DNA of 34,032 nucleotides from a virus: IMG/VR virus record IMGVR_UViG_3300027742_000026; one strand, 5' to 3'. Shown piece by piece: positions 33,150 to 34,032 of this stretch (position 1 is its first letter; each line of letters starts with the position of its first letter). The notes under the pieces were generated by a model. It saw only the letters and a program-made list of their open reading frames with translations, ran no database searches and was not told where the DNA came from. The position numbers and the translations under genes were made by a program.

Positions 33150-33620
33150 ATGAAACTATCACAAGCAAGAAAATTAGCAGGTGAATTATTACAGACCCAC
33201 AACCCAGATTGTGGTTTTGAGTTTTGTCATGGATACTCACGATTGGGGTATTACAGTCCCAGAAAAAACAAGATACACATTTCAATAGAGGTTGTTGAGT
33301 ATAACAAGGAGTGGTTAGTCAGGGATATTTTACTCCATGAGATAGCACATTCACTCACCAGAGGTCACAAGCATGACAATGTATTCAGGGCAAAGTGCAG
33401 AGAGTTAGGTTGCAACCCATTATCAAGAACAAGTGAGATTGTAAAATTACCTCCCAAGAGATACAGATATGAATGTCCCAATTGTGGATTGGTGGTGTAT
33501 AGGATGAGCAAGAATTACAGATTAGCATGTTCAAGGTGTTGCAGGTTGTATGCCAGAAACCAATATTCAAGAAAGTACACATTTAATATTTCAGAGAATG
33601 AAAATTACAAAAGGATTTAA
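33150..33620 (+). CDS. SprT-like zinc metalloprotease with C-terminal zinc ribbon
   Basis: The track start at 33141 is GTG and the first ATG is at 33150. LLHEIAHSLTRGHKHDNVFRAKCRELG gives HExxH plus the downstream His. CPNCG...CSRCC forms the zinc ribbon. Confidence 0.75.
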   Translation: MKLSQARKLAGELLQTHNPDCGFEFCHGYSRLGYYSPRKNKIHISIEVVEYNKEWLVRDILLHEIAHSLTRGHKHDNVFRAKCRELGCNPLSRTSEIVKLPPKRYRYECPNCGLVVYRMSKNYRLACSRCCRLYARNQYSRKYTFNISENENYKRI

Positions 33621-33637
33621 TTTTTTAATATATTTTT

Positions 33638-34032
33638 TATGACACAATTCATAGAACCAAGAAACATGACAGAGGAGTTGAGACTGTATGTGTTTGATAT
33701 TTTGAAAGTGATTGAGAAATACAAGGCAAGGCATTCAAGATATCCAAATACAAAAGACATATACCCAGAGGTTATGAAAAGGAATGGCAGGACAGATGCA
33801 AGTGTATATTCAGCAGTCATTAGGATGAGAAAAGAATTGGGAATGTTAGAGGACATAGGAGAGTATGCCCAGAGTTTGGCAATCTCATTGAGGGGATACA
33901 GGTTCATGGAACAGATGCAACGGATGCAGGAGACACATCCAAACATTAAACCAGAGCCAAAAAAGAGAAAGCCCAGAAAAGTCACAAGAAAGAGAAAGAG
34001 AGTATCTCAAAAGAAAATGGACAACAAAGACC
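33638..34032 (+). CDS. Hypothetical protein, N-terminal part of the junction-spanning gene (continues at window positions 100-209)
   Basis: The ATG at 33638 opens a frame that stays open to the window end. The first roughly 90 aa look like a small helical, possibly winged-helix domain (LRLYVFDILKVIEKYKARHSRYPNTKDIYPEVMKRNG). The track omits it because there is no stop inside the window. Confidence 0.6.
33934..34032. repeat. Terminal 99-bp block identical to 1-99
   Basis: Exact match to the first 99 nt. Confidence 0.95.

Noticed and set aside
1-34032. Possible stop-codon reassignment, as in some gut phages, suggested by the very long 1836-aa ORF.
   Set aside because: TGA, TAG and TAA each terminate well-defined genes at sensible, often start-overlapping, positions. 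Examples are TGA at 2038-2040 in an ATGA overlap, TAG at 5228-5230 and TAA at 6589-6591. Trp is TGG throughout, and no good gene is interrupted by in-frame stops.

Overview
The window is a complete, circularly closed genome of a siphovirus-like tailed dsDNA phage. Bases 1-99 are identical to 33934-34032, so the unique length is about 33,933 bp. Every credible gene is on the + strand. All long minus-strand ORFs in the track look like composition artefacts.

Gene order:
- Junction-spanning small gene.
- PD-(D/E)xK-like nuclease and HNH nuclease.
- GT1 glycosyltransferase and a ParB/Srx-methyltransferase fusion.
- Two tiny ORFs, then a 420-nt non-coding region.
- Small and large terminase, then an SPP1-type portal.
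- A 1836-aa MuF-family polyvalent protein.
- DUF4355 scaffold, major capsid and head-tail connectors.
- Major tail protein, G/T chaperones with a canonical -1 slippery site, and tape measure.
- Tail tip and a collar-domain fibre.
- Lysis region: XhlA-like protein, M23-SH3 endolysin and holin-like proteins.
- Early/replication module: wHTH initiator with an embedded origin-like repeat block, small cassette genes, Rad52-type annealase, Ros/MucR-like zinc finger and SprT-like protease.

No integrase, repressor/antirepressor switch, tRNA, CRISPR array, reverse transcriptase or DNA polymerase was recognised. TAA, TAG and TGA all end good genes, so the standard code applies.

Most unusual observations:
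1. CpG is almost absent. I count roughly 45-50 CG dinucleotides by eye against about 1000 expected. The coding strand is also strongly C-poor and purine-rich.
2. The giant injected-type polyvalent protein carries two tandem ART-like modules, a second duplicated domain of unknown function and a C-terminal HExxH zincin.
3. A glycosyltransferase plus ParB-methyltransferase modification module has no obvious substrate.
4. The early region is built from repeated promoter, hairpin and translation-start cassettes. It includes a roughly 325-nt promoter-to-terminator structured RNA locus with no substantial ORF.
5. Iteron, tandem-repeat and palindrome structure sits inside the initiator gene.

All functional calls rest on motifs recognised by eye. 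No database search was run.
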